NCBI GenBank assembly: GCA_973895155.1
Contig: OZ316892.1
Location: forward strand, 1,254,917-1,318,916
Origin: Marsupella aquatica
Taxonomy: Eukaryota; Plantae; Marchantiophyta
Length of the DNA stretch: 64,000 nt
Reading direction: 5' to 3'
Notes under the pieces: model-generated
Databases searched by the model: none
Seen by the model: only the letters and a program-made list of their open reading frames with translations
Told to the model about the DNA's origin: nothing
In this document: positions 40,370 through 53,300 of the stretch, one piece after another
Layout of the letters: the number at the start of each line of letters is the position of its first letter
How positions within the stretch are numbered: the stretch's first letter is position 1
Program-made: the position numbers and the translations under genes

Positions 40370-43200
40370 ATGGAAAATCCGTCGAGAGAAAATGACGACA
40401 AGGTGACCTATTTTCAGGAAGTGACGGGGCTCGCGGACGCGGACCTCTCAACTCAGATCCTCGAGGCTCATGGGTGGGATTTGGACGCAGCAGTGAGCTC
40501 TTTGGTCACAGAGCCATCCGTGGCATCCGATAGAGAGCTGGCGAACGACTTCCCTCCAGAGCACCAGCATCGTTGGGTCTCCGGAGTGGCAGATCTCTCG
40601 GGCCTCAGCCCCTCGAGCAGAGGAGAAGACCACCCGGAGGTGTTTGGCCGAGCAGGAGGGAACCAGGGCTCTGTCCAGGACTACGAGCGCTTCCAAAGCG
40701 CTCAGGAGAGAGTTCCGTTGAGAAACTACGATAGGTATCGGGATTACGATGACGATCAGGACCACGAGGATCGGTATGCTCAGCTCGGGCCGGAGATTGT
40801 GTGGAGACTGGTCACACTTCCGTTTGCGATTATACGGGGAAGCTATAACCTTATGTTTGGGGCTGTAGGGTTGGGAATGTGGGCAGCAGGGGAATTGTTG
40901 TCGTTTTCTTTGGAGGCGCTTGGATTGCTCTCAGCAGGGGACAGGAGGCAAACGTCTCGAGCGCTTTTGCCCGTGACTACGGGAGCAGCTGAGGCGATCC
41001 ATTTCGTGACGAATTTTGAGAGGGAGTATGGGGAGAGTCACCCGCTGTTTGAGACGACGTCGTTTATCGACGCGTTGAGGAAGGCAGGGCAGCAGTATAA
41101 GTTCCTGCTTGTGTACTTACACTCTCCGGATCATGCGAATACCCCCGCATTTTGTCAGGCGACTCTGTGTTCCGAGGAGGTGGTGCAGTTTGTGAATGAG
41201 AATTTCGTCGTGTGGGGCGGGGATGTGAGAACTAGCGAAGGATTTCAGATGAGTAATACGTTTAAGGCGTCGACGTTTCCTTTCTGTGCCGTCGCTACCG
41301 CTTCTTCCAACCAGCACATTGCTCTTCTACAGCAGGTCTCCCTCCTTCTTTGTTGATTAGATAGTCTCTTGGTTTAGATGCTCAACAAGGTAACCTGTGA
41401 CTCTTGAATAACTCATGGAAATCTTTATAGATTATTCATATCCCCGTGGACTTTAAATTTGTTGATATAGTTCCCCTATCGCTCTAACAAACAGCAAGAT
41501 TGTTATTCTTTCCAACTATGTTTTCACTGTCTTCCTGTACGGTCCCAGGGTCGGATAGTGCCCTCCCAAGTCCAAAGTCCCTCTTTTCTTCTGTGTATTT
41601 GCTTTAGCCTCAAGTTTTCGCCACTTGACCAGCATTCCCTTCTATTTCTGTTAACTCCATGATCGCCTGACCTTTAGTTGCCATCATGTGCCATAATTCA
41701 TCTGGAAACGTACAGTTCTTTCTTTACAGATTACTTTGATTGGAGCATTGGAACACATGCTCGGAATGCACTCGCATTTTTCTGTAGGCGCTGTTTTTCC
41801 AGAATGTCAGTTCGTCGCTTTTTAAGAAAGATTCAGCCCTTTGCAAGATTTTGCCCCTAGCCTGGTGTCTCAAAATTAACTATTTGAATTGGTGTATAAC
41901 TTCAGATGTGCATCTATCTGCTGCGACTATGATTGTAATGCGTGTCCTGGATTTTTCTCGTTTGGTCTGACCTCATTTTATGTGTGTTCGTCGTAGTACA
42001 ATACGGTGCCCTGACGCATGTATCAGCAGACTGACCTGAACAGTGAGATGGGTGAGGAAACAGGTGGAGGGACCCAGGACAGCCACTGAGTTACTAGCAA
42101 TTCTGCAGCGTGTGGTGAACGAGCAGGGCTCGGTGCTCGTGGCTTCTCGCGTTGAAGACGAAGAACGTCAGCATAACAGACGGATACGGGAGGAACAAGA
42201 TGCAGCATATCAAGCTGCTCTCCGAGAAGATCAGGTACAGTTGGCCTGGATTGGAAAATTGCAACTCGCAACTGTGGAGGCTCTGCCCAAACAAGTGGAA
42301 AGGCTGTTTCCCTTGTACTAACGTAATGCACAGAGATTAAGAATGTATCATATGGTACTCGCCGGAATCCGTGTTTCGACACCTTTTTTGGATATTTTTC
42401 GTGCGTGACTTGTTTAAAAACATCTGCAGCTCACAATTTAAAATATTCGAGTGTGCATTAGATGTGTAGCAATTGCAGAGTCAGTAATCTCAAAGCTACT
42501 GGCCACATTATATTGCGTTATGTAAGGCTGATGACACTCAGTGCCATGAATATCTGTATGTAAAAGCAATGTCGTAGTAACACCCGAGACTGATACCTAC
42601 CGGATCAACTCGGTGATGAATGCCAGGAGAGGGAACGAAGGCGGCAGGAAGAAGCTGAACGAGCTGCAAAAGAGGCTGAGGAAGTAGAGAGGAAAAGAGT
42701 GGATGAAGAAGAGGCTGCAGCAAGGGCTGAGCGTGAAGCTGCAGAAAGAGTACTAGCACTTGAACGCCGGAGACAAGAGAAAGCTACATCTTTGGGTGTG
42801 GAACCAGAGAAGGGTCCAGATGTCACCCATGTATGCATGAGACTTACCCCTCGTGTCTTTTACGTCAGCTGGAAGTCTTCCTTAGAAATTCTCCATTTAG
42901 TGACTATAATAATCTTTGAACTGTTATCATTTTTGCTCGAGGTGACTGAAACGGTCTCCTGTGCAGGTTCTCCTACGGTTACCAAACGGGGAACGAAAAG
43001 ACAGGAGATTTCATTCGTATGAAAATATTCAGAAGGTCTATGATTATGTGGATTCACTCGGCTTTTTTTACCCGGGAAACTACAATTTAGTATCCAACTT
43101 TCCACGGATTGTCTATGGCCCAGATAAACTGGGCTCCTCTCTCAAGGATGCAGGACTTCATCCTCAGGCCAGTCTCTTTGTCCAAGTTTTTGCTCCTTGA
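40370..43200 (+). CDS. PUX10: Plant UBX-domain protein, PUX10/FAF2-like (UBA, hydrophobic segment, UAS, coiled coil, UBX); exons 40370-41335, 42064-42234, 42627-42830, 42967-43200
   Basis: UBA-like FQEVTG...ILEAHGWDLDAAV; hydrophobic stretch; UAS KFLLVYLHSPDH...FCQATLC...NFVVWGGD; RRIREEQDAAYQAAL; UBX LRLPNGERKDRRF...LVSNFPR...SLKDAGLHPQASLFV. Canonical GT-AG junctions keep frame. Confidence 0.92.
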
Positions 43201-44469
43201 GAGTATGCAAGCTGATGGTTTTGTTAGATTCATCTTCGCAGATAATTGATTTCTCAGGCTATGGTGGCTCCTATCTTCGCTTGATGAAAATAGAAGATGT
43301 GTACAGTATCGTGTAAGGCAGTTGGCGCCCATGCTTGCTATCAAGCAACTAGCGGTCAATTGATTGATTCTCATGCAGCTCATGGGTTTATTCTGTATAT
43401 CATGCATGACATTGTCTTAAATGCTTACGATTTTACGAAGATACGTGCATGTTCACCATTTCATTGCCATCGAATAGCGTCCAAAGCGCAGACGAGAAAT
43501 TAGAGTAAGCCAAATACGAGTCGGATTAGTAATGTCAAGCTGTGTGTTCTCGGTCGTCCTGCGTTTACATCTTTCTGATACTGCTCATCTTGTTGATTTT
43601 ACGTGAAGTAAAAGATACTTGTCATCCCCCTCCATGCGAAAGAACTGTAATAGCCAAGCCTTCTGATAACAGGAATGTGTTGTCAGTATTGTCCCAGGAT
43701 GTGGGGGGGCCCAATAAGGATCCAACACTGATAATGAAAACGTGAAATGGGACAACACATCAGCAAGATGAGCCCAATTGTAATTAACGGTTTCCTTCAA
43801 ATTTGCAATCGCATGGACGGGAACGTATCACTGTATTTAAGTTCCTCAGTTAAGTTCCTCTCTCTGAGGAGCTTCAGGACAAAAAGCACTATATCACCAA
43901 GCGTAGATTACAGCACCTCAGTACTTGATGGCATTGTGCTGGTGAACAGATGAAATGTCGGGGCATGTCGACCTTGATTGGGTGACTTGGAGGGTATGAA
44001 TGAATTGAAATTCCAAGCACATTGAAGGAGTGATAGAGAAATGACCTATTCAACTCTCAGACCATATATATCCTCCATTCTTTTGTCACTGACTATCCAG
44101 TCCAGTCACGTCATTGGACGTACTTCAAGAGGTCTTTTTCTGGATTACAGAATCAGCATCAAACCTGTAAACTCAGAGTCCTCCTCTTGATGCTTTTGTT
44201 CGTCCCATCCTACGCTAGCTGACATCTACCGACTCGAAAGACAGGAGAGAATACTTCCTAAAAGAAAGACTTTTATGGCTGTTTATTCCTATAGGGGTGG
44301 TAATTGCAAAACTATGAACAAAGTAAAAGTTATGCCTACCGTGATGCAGGATTGGCAACCATTCAGATTGGGCTTGAATACTCACGGTACGTTAATTGGT
44401 CCCTAAAGTTGCATCAAAGGAGATTCTCTTCATTTGATGCTTAGTTCTGATAACGACTAAGCATCAAAC

Positions 44470-44595
44470 CTGACTTGTCACTGAGTTTATGACTTATCCA
44501 GACAGAAGCTGGGTAACTTGTCACTGAATTTATAACTTCTCCAAACAGAAGCTGGGTAACTTGTCAATGAATTTATAACTTCTCCAAACAGAAGC
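44470..44595. repeat. ~43-bp tandem repeat, about 3 copies (acttgtcactgaatttataacttctccaaacagaagctgggta)
   Basis: Two near-identical copies plus one degenerate copy. Confidence 0.8.
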
Positions 44596-47500
44596 ACTTG
44601 GTAACGGTTGGTAGCAAGGTGACAAATCTCCATATAGCAAAGTGATATACCTTGCACTCTTTCCATTTGATGAAGACTCTCCCATGGTTTGATACTTTCT
44701 TGGATTGCACATTCACAATCTGCAATAGATATACTCAATCTGCCTTTGACAGCTGACAAAAGATTGATGGAGCTTACTCTTTTAGGTACTTTTGAGTAAA
44801 TGTTGATGGCATAGGATTCAGCAACCCAATTTCTTGTCCTCAAGCTTAAAGTCATCAGTCACTCTGAATGGCTTTCTTCCAAAATTGCAACTCTTCTTTG
44901 AATGAGAACAATTGGAGCGTCTTGTCAAGTTTCCCATATGCCTTGCTTGATTGCTTTGGAGTCTGTTTCCTTAGTGACGGCGCTTGGAAAGTAATACAGT
45001 TTGAATCTGTCTTCATCATCTTTTCACACAAGCAAGCCTCAAGGTGTAATGCCCAGCATGCTCGCCACTTGTGTCCAAGGGATCTATAAATGCCTTGAGA
45101 ACGCACCGGGAGTTGTTGTGATGACTACCTCGGGTAATCGGAACCAACGGCAAACATATTCTGGAGCTCACTCTCAAACTCCTTTATGTTGAATTTCCTT
45201 TTTCAAGTTACAACATCCCTTGAGTAGGCCACTAGTGAGAGTCTGGTCACTGGTCCTACGGCGGGCCACTACCTATCTCTCATCAAACTCACTACCCCTG
45301 GAGTAGCTCTCACATCATAAATCCACTGAAAAACCTACCTCCTCAAGCTCTCAATCTCTCATACGCAAAACTCTATCTCAACCTCAAACCTACTAGCCCT
45401 AAGCACTAGTAAGCTAAATCCAAGTCCTACTCATAATCAGGAACCAAGGAATTCTCTTCTCCAAAACACAGAAACTACTATATTCCATCCGCCATAATGC
45501 ATAATACCCCTCCTTATTGAGCCAAAGCTCTCTTATAGTCCTCAGGTAGCACCACTCTTGTATGTCGATTCAGCACTTGCCTCTAACCAGCAATGAGTAT
45601 CTAGTCGGTCCTTCTTTGTTTCCAGTTGTTGGGTCAAAATGGTTCGGCACGACAACTTGCTTGGGATTGATTGTGGACTATTCAATACAACACAGAAACA
45701 ATAATGGATCTTCCTGATGTACATATCATGAGGAAAGTAGTAGGGTCACCTCTAACCCCTGCTGTTAAAATGGTCTTTATCCTACTCCTAATGGGTGAAT
45801 CAACAAAGCATAGACCCCGAGTACTATCTAGGCTGATGATAACTTAAGTAAATTGTTTGGGTAAGACAATGATTGGCAACAGGTCAAGTTGGCTAGGACT
45901 ATATTAATTCTAGCAACCCTCAAACCGGGTTGCTGGTCTCTGCCCTCATAGATCACTTGAGGAATGTCTTCGTTGGGAGTGGATGGCCAGTAGCAGTAAT
46001 CAAACTGATCAAATCATCTATATAACACCAACCAGCTTCCTTTGTAGCACAATTTATTGTCATAGGTAATGGGCAGAGTTAGCCCTTTGTGTACATAAAT
46101 CTTCTTGTATTGTGTGGACTGGTGTCATCTGGATGTTTTGGACCAGTTATCTGAGATGGTGCAATTTCACAGAACCTGAGAAATAATTTTCACTTGGTTT
46201 TCAATATTTGGTGAAAACAGTACAGGACCATGCAGTTGTTTGACAACATTGCTATACATGGAACCAGACATTCATTGTTGGTTGAGTCTATGACATGTGC
46301 AAAACTGACCAGATCCAATTCAGAAACACTACTCGTTTTCCTTTACAATGATCCTTTGCATTCAGTGGAAAACTGAAATTCAGCTGTGATCCTCCATAAA
46401 CGTTAGTTTGGACACTCGCAACTCAAACGTAGACCAGCAGCACTCTATGGCATGATAAATTACTCAAGGTATACTTCAACCTAATAAACAGATCTTGAGA
46501 GTTTAAAATGGCAATTGAATTGCTCTTTCTACAAACGACCACAAGCCTGTATAGCAAAGTTACTATAACATGGCTGGCCTGGTTCTGACTCTCAAGTATT
46601 TGTGCTCAAATGTATCTAATTAATAAAGTACCATATTAATGTAACAATGTATTCGAGTATGTTGCAAGCGAGGAGATGTATCACGCTCCGGGAACGTGAG
46701 ATCCTGTGGTTACAGCTTGCGGCAGCCTCACATCTAAAGATGGTGAAACAAATGGAGAATTTTGTAATTTGTGCAATAGGCTGTGAAGCCTCATGTGAAC
46801 CTCTATGAAGTTTTTGATATAAGCAACCTTTGGAAGCTTTATTTTCTTCTCCATGGTTAGTATGAATGCGAAGAGCTCTTGTGCAACCTGGACAGGACTT
46901 TGTTGGTCATTGTAGTGAATCTAATAAGTTTTGTACACTTCACTCTCCAACAATGGATATCACTATTCCAGTTGCCAATTCCATTAGTGTTCTGTGTACG
47001 TGCGCCATTCTTTACAGTTTGAGATGGTCTTTTGGTACGATCAATTTGATCTCTTGGCGCTGAAATTGCAACTGTTGAACAAGCCAGCACCTTGATCCTT
47101 GAGCTTTCATATACTAAAGTTCAAATTATAGGTTTTCTAGTTTAACTTGCAGCCACCGCATAGGAGTTTTGATCATATCTACTTATCTGGTTCCTGCCTG
47201 ATCTATTTCTTGCAGGACCAACTTGTCATAATTTTCTCCATATAATACTTGTATTCATTGCTTTCTTTGTGAGATTCAACCAGCTTCCTAGACTCTGCGG
47301 ACTAGACACGAAGATATGTGATTCAGCTCAACTAAGGCTATGTCCATTGGACTACACAAAAGCTTTACTGCACTCTAGGCCCGTTGGCCATACCGAGTCT
47401 TTGCAATACAAGTTTTCTTTATCTGTCAACTGGCTACGTGACAATGAGAACAAGTTACTTGTATCCAAACAATTCAAACACTCCTTGAGTATATAGTGCG

Positions 47501-48939
47501 TAGCAAGACTAACCTAATCAAGTTTGCGACTAAGGTTAGCTTTAATGGTTGCAATTGTAACTCTAGAACTAAGAGTAAATGCCTAACATTACCTTGGTTA
47601 CATTGGTGAGATTGTCATATATATATACTAAAACTATGGCATATTTGTCAATTAAGAAAAACTGTAACATATCTATAGATACCAAAAAAACTATGATAAA
47701 TTGTCATTAAAACATCTTTAGTGACAAGTTACTTGCATATTTGTAAATAATATTGTCTTTTGATAGTATGTAGTGTCAATTACAAAAGTGAAGCTTGAAT
47801 GGACCACCTTGTTGGACATGGCGCTCCTGTGGACAACCTTTTGGTGGTCCATGGAGTTTTGAGGCTATTACTTGATGATTACAAGTCCTTAAAAGTTTTT
47901 AATTTTTGCACCTACAAGGCAAATAGAGAAGTAATAGACCTTACAAAACACAGGCCACATACTTATTAACACAATTCAAATTGATCTAATAGAATTTCCC
48001 CTCCGCACTCCGAGATGAATAACTCAAACAAAATGGATGGCCAAAATTTCAGTGTCACTTTGATGGAAGTGACATAGCTTATCTACTCCTCTTGCACATA
48101 CTCAAAATTAAAATTAATTAAAACTACTAACATCAATTAATTACAATTAAACTCAAATTTTGGGAAATGTGGTCCATGGGGGTTTTCAAGTCCACGAGTT
48201 TGGTCCATGGCATTGTTTTTTTTGACAAAAATTTGCCGAATTTCCACCTCCCCAAAAAGCTTTCACCAAACTTTGCTAGTATTTCTCTGCCTCATTAGCC
48301 AACATCCCACCATATCACACCCCCATTAGCCAGAATCTAATGGTCATCCTTAAATCTAGGGAGATCTAATGATCAGGAAAATATTCCACAAAGATCAGAT
48401 AAAGAATATTTTGAGAAATCTTCTCTTTCATATAAAGAATATTTTGAGCATCTTCTCCTTCATAGAGTCAACATTGCTAGCAAAAAAGTAAAAACCTTAA
48501 AGATTACGCTGTCCATGGGAGCAGAAATAAAAGCCCGGATGGATCGAGACATTGTCCCTGCCCATCCCCATGGACTGCGTAAAGGGATCGATGCTTTTAC
48601 ACCAAAAAGAAAACGAAATTGCTTGTGGATCGTAGTTGACAACTTTGACTACCTTGGAGAGAAAGTAGTGAAGATGTCATGGTGATCTTGAATATTGGCA
48701 TGATATCTTGACATCTTAACATCTTTCAGGGTCAAGGTAATCAAGTCATCAAGGCATTGAGAAAACCTATTTGGTAATGTAATTGAAACCGGTTGCAAAC
48801 ATTAAGGAGACCGCTTACAAATCACATTTCAATCAAAAGTCTAAAGAGTATCATCAGAATCAGTTTAAATGGTATGAAAAGTCCATTCAAGCTTTGCCAG
48901 TCCATGGGTTTCATAGACAAAGTGGAGTTTCATCAGGGC

Positions 48940-49235
48940 TTTAGTTTCATGGAGCATCATCTTACTTATAAAGCGCCAAGGGCAAGTTAGAGTAAGGGGT
49001 GTAGGCTTTGAGAGTGAAGCCTCTAGGCCATGACTCTAGGGCCCCGCCAAAATATATGTGCATTTAAAAAAATATGCATATATAAATGAATATTATTTTA
49101 TTTATTTGGTTAAGATATTTGAAGAATGAGAATAGTAAATATATTTTATTATATTTTATTGCACTCCTCTACTCACTTTCAAAAGAAGGGGTAATGGTGA
49201 CTAGTAGTGGGGGCTAGTTCTCCAAATTACTTTGA
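48940..49235 (-). repeat. Dispersed AT-rich repeat family 1, copy 3 (internally deleted)
   Basis: Reverse complement matches about 17150-17250 and 17500-17600. Confidence 0.6.
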
Positions 49236-49610
49236 AAATTGTTGACAGAAAACTGTAATAATCCTTGAAAATTAGGCCGAACCAGTAATGTTGGTTCCGT
49301 CCTCTGACTTCTCTGCGGCCTCACTTTCTTGGAAATGCGACTAGCCGTTCAACTTGTTGTACTGTTCCATAATTTGAAACAATCCTCGTACTCCACTTTC
49401 AAACGATCGAGAACCAGAGCTCTCCTGCCGCTGGGTTGGCCTGGCCTGCCTCGCTAGCCCAGCTACAGAGCACACAGCTACAGAGCCCACACACTGCATC
49501 TTTCGGACCCCGAAGTCCAGGATCGCGTGCATTTCCCTCAAGATGCTCCTTCATTGCGCTTTGCCACTCAATGCGTGCCCATTTAGGAAACCGTAAATGT
49601 GATTTCTGTA

Positions 49611-49719
49611 CAGTATTGGGTAGAGCTTGATGAGCTTGATGAGCTTGATGTTCGAGACTCGAACCTCGAGACAGTATTGGGTAGAGCTTGATGAGCTTGA
49701 TGAGCTTGAGGTTCGAGAC
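49611..49719. repeat. Direct duplication containing (GAGCTTGAT)n in the kinesin upstream/5' UTR region
   Basis: cagtattgggtagagcttgatgagcttgatgagcttga.gttcgagac occurs at 49611 and 49672. Confidence 0.85.
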
Positions 49720-50345
49720 CCGAAACTCGAGAGTGAGGAAGTTGTCTCTCATCACTCGTGCGCGCTTTGGGGGATGTTCTTTCGAGAAAGATTTAGTCTC
49801 TCTTGGGCACAGATTTCTAGACGAGATTAATGGGTAGACTGTGTCTGTAGCGCGGACAACGACCTCACTTCACTGGATCATTCCAACATGAGCGTAATTT
49901 TGGCCATTTCAGTCGACGAAGTAGCTTCCTTCCTGGTTTCAGAGCCGGGGCTTTGAAGGCCCAGGGGTTGGTTCGATGAACTCCGTGAATTTTCCATGAT
50001 CAACTCTTCAGCTAGTGGCGTGCTTTCATTTACCGCACCAGGCGGGCAGTATGTCTCGATAGCAGAATGATGTAAGAGCAGCGTTTTATGGGTGTTCCTC
50101 ACGTAGAGAATTGGGAGTTCTCACGTCAGTATGTCCCATGGAAAGATTGAGACAGCTGACGGAGGTCGAAACATCAGTCAATTGAGTGTAATATTCCCGG
50201 CTCTTGGGCGTCAGGCAGCAACAAGAAAGGAATCCGTAACTGCAGCACATCACTATCGTGCTTTTTCTTGAAAGCTCTCCAGATTGCTTCTAGACGCTGT
50301 GACGGATTGCAGTTCAGGTCCCTTCTCCATAAGGAGAGAAACGGA

Positions 50346-53300
50346 ATGGCCAAAGGAATGTCTCCACCTCGCTTAATCATGCGGAATGCCCCAAGAAAGA
50401 CACTGGTAGATGGCATCGATGGGAGTTCTTCCGATCCGGAGGGCACAGCTCAGTCACGAGAGCCACTTGGTTCGATTACTGAGACCGTAAGGAATCCTCG
50501 CATCGCGGTTGCTGACCAGTCAAGTGGAGACCCCTCGACTCCACGAGCTAACGTGAAAGTCTTGTCTTTCGAGCAAGAGAAATTTCCACACTTGGAAAAT
50601 TCGGAAGTCTATGCAACTTCTATTAATACTGCTCCTGACCAAAGTGCAAGCTCGCAGTCCAAGGGTAAGTTCACATGGCAGCATCGTCACGCGGCCACAG
50701 CTCAGAATCCTCCGTGGGATGGTCCACCGTCGTTGATCACACCACTGCGACCTCCGAAGCGGTCTGTCTGCTCTGACGTTCAAGCTGTAAATAACCAGGA
50801 CACATTGCAAACCTTTTCCCATCACTTGAGGGGGAGTAGCACCTCTAAGATTGGTAGCTCAGGGGGAGGTAAGTCCACTACCGAATCAGAGAATAGCGGT
50901 TCTCAATCTCAAAATGTCACGCCCTGCACAACTGTTCCCAGATCACTGAAGTATAGTCAACAGGGGAGTGCAAACAACTCCGGAGGTTCTGGACTGCCGA
51001 ACGTCCGGTCTACAGTTTCTCAGCATGTTGTCACTCGACCCATGGGGTATCTACAGGCAGTAAAGGGTGTCCTTCCTCAAAGTACGAATCAGAATTTCGT
51101 AGAGCATCACTTCGAGATAGAAGAAGATGCAAGCTTTCGGCGTAATCACAATGTCCAGGTACGTATCTTATGGGACCAGCTAGCACGAGCCACATTTCCC
51201 TCTGTTTTACGAGAATTGTGAGTCTTTCGACAAAATGAACGATCGGTGTGGTTAACGGGAAGCGAGCTGTAGGATCTCCTCTATTTCAGGAAACCATTGG
51301 AATTGATCTGGGTTTAGCTATACCAGACATCGACACATACATATGTCTGGGTAAAGATTGCGACAGAGGCTTCGTAACTTATGACTTACAACGGCCCTCA
51401 ATTGTCAGTTGTCTTTTTAAAGAGTAGAACTTTCCTCGGTTCGTCCTGTCTAACGGGTTGTTTGTTTCTGCTAGAGCTATTGTCCGAGCGAATATGACTT
51501 TATTTGGAATCCAGCCTGTTTTCAAAGATTCTTCATTCGACTCTTCACTGTTAATTCAGTCCACTGTTTCATAGCTGGGTGAAGTCCATCTTGTCTATCT
51601 TGATGTTGACCACTATTGCACTATCCTGACAGGTGATTATCCGAACTCGACCCCTCAGCAACAGCGAGTTGACTTCCCAAGGATCGAATAGATGTCTCAA
51701 ACAAGAAAGCCCTCATGCTGTTAGGTGGCTTGGGCAGCCCGAGTCCCGGTTTACGTTTGATCACGTCGCTGGCGAGACAATCACACAGGTATATGCAATG
51801 CCTCTAAACGTGTGTGACGTCCAGTGGTAACCATGCACCGCTTGCAATGATGATAACATTTCAAATTTTGTTCTGTTTCAGGCCAAACTTTTTGATGTAG
51901 CTGGGTTACCCATGGTGGAGAACTGCATGTCAGGATACAACAGCTGCATGTTTGCTTACGGTCAAGTGAGTATTTTTTAAGATTGAACCCTGATAATGTT
52001 TTCACTCGTCAATTCCCATAATTATTCGTAGTTATATGGAAACACAACGCAGCGCATTCACACAACCAGACTCGACCTTCCTGGGCACGTGGGCAGAGGT
52101 GTTAACGTGTTCATGTGGGGAATTATTCCCAATTTTGCCGAGAGAGTCCTTGGTACGTCCTTGGTACCCATGTGCAGTCTTGGATTTCATGAGGTTGAAA
52201 TATTATGTTTGTGTGATACGATGACTACCTAGAAATTTGCAGACTGGCAGCGGGAAGACACATACGATGCTCGGAGACATCGAAAATCTTGATCGAAGTC
52301 CCAGCCAGGACCGGGGAATGACACCTCGCGTTTTCGAATACTTATTTGCACGGATTCGAGAGGTATGCCTTCCAGGTCGCTCATCACTCTTGTGAAGTCA
52401 ACGTTGGGACACTACTCCAGCGACAAAGTCTAATGGAAGCTCTTCGTCTCATTTGGCAGGAACAGGAATGCCGCAGGCATGACCACTTGAAGTTCTTTTG
52501 TAAATGTTCATTCCTTGAAATCTACAATGAGCAGATAACCGACCTTCTGGAGCCCTCATCAACAAATTTGCAAGTGTGTTGATTCTGCCTTTTTCAACTT
52601 TGCAGTATAAGCTTGATACCGGGGTGCATAATTTACCTTCAATTCACTCTCTCCATCGTCTCTACCTGCACCTGCCCTAAGAAGACCACACACATCGACA
52701 TGCTTTCGTCAACTATTGATCAATCTGATCCCTTCTAACTTGTGAATTTGGTTGGTGGCTCCGCAGATGAGGGAAGATGCGAAGAAGGGTGTTTACGTTG
52801 AAAATCTCTCCGAGGTTGAAGTGCTGTGCGTGCAAGATGTCATTCAGCTGCTTCTCCAGGTTACCTGTTAAACCATTTTCCTTGGCCTGCCAACCTTTCC
52901 TCTTATTCGGAATCAATCCTCCCGAGAGTGTAGGAGCGCGTCAACAATACCTGAAGATCTATTCTCTTTTGTATGTACCATTAGAATGTTCGGCTCAATT
53001 ATGCATATCAAGACTTCATAGCTGGGGAGTGCAAGGTTATAAAACTGGGATGTTCGAATCGGTTTTGTGGAACGAGATAAACGATGGCACCATTCTCTGT
53101 CCTAATTGTTAAAGTTGAACTTCACTGACTGATCTTATCACTGACCTCTTGAGAAAGCAGGGAGCCGCTAACAGAAAAGTTGCTGCGACAAATATGAATC
53201 GAGAGAGTAGTCGTTCTCACAGTGTCTTCACCTGTGTGGTGGAAAGCAAGGTAATGAATTTGATTGTTGAAGAGACAGAACCACAAACTCTATTAAATAT

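Noticed and set aside
46013-46024. YIDD motif on the minus strand suggesting a second reverse transcriptase
   Set aside because: No flanking RT motifs; a four-residue match is expected by chance.
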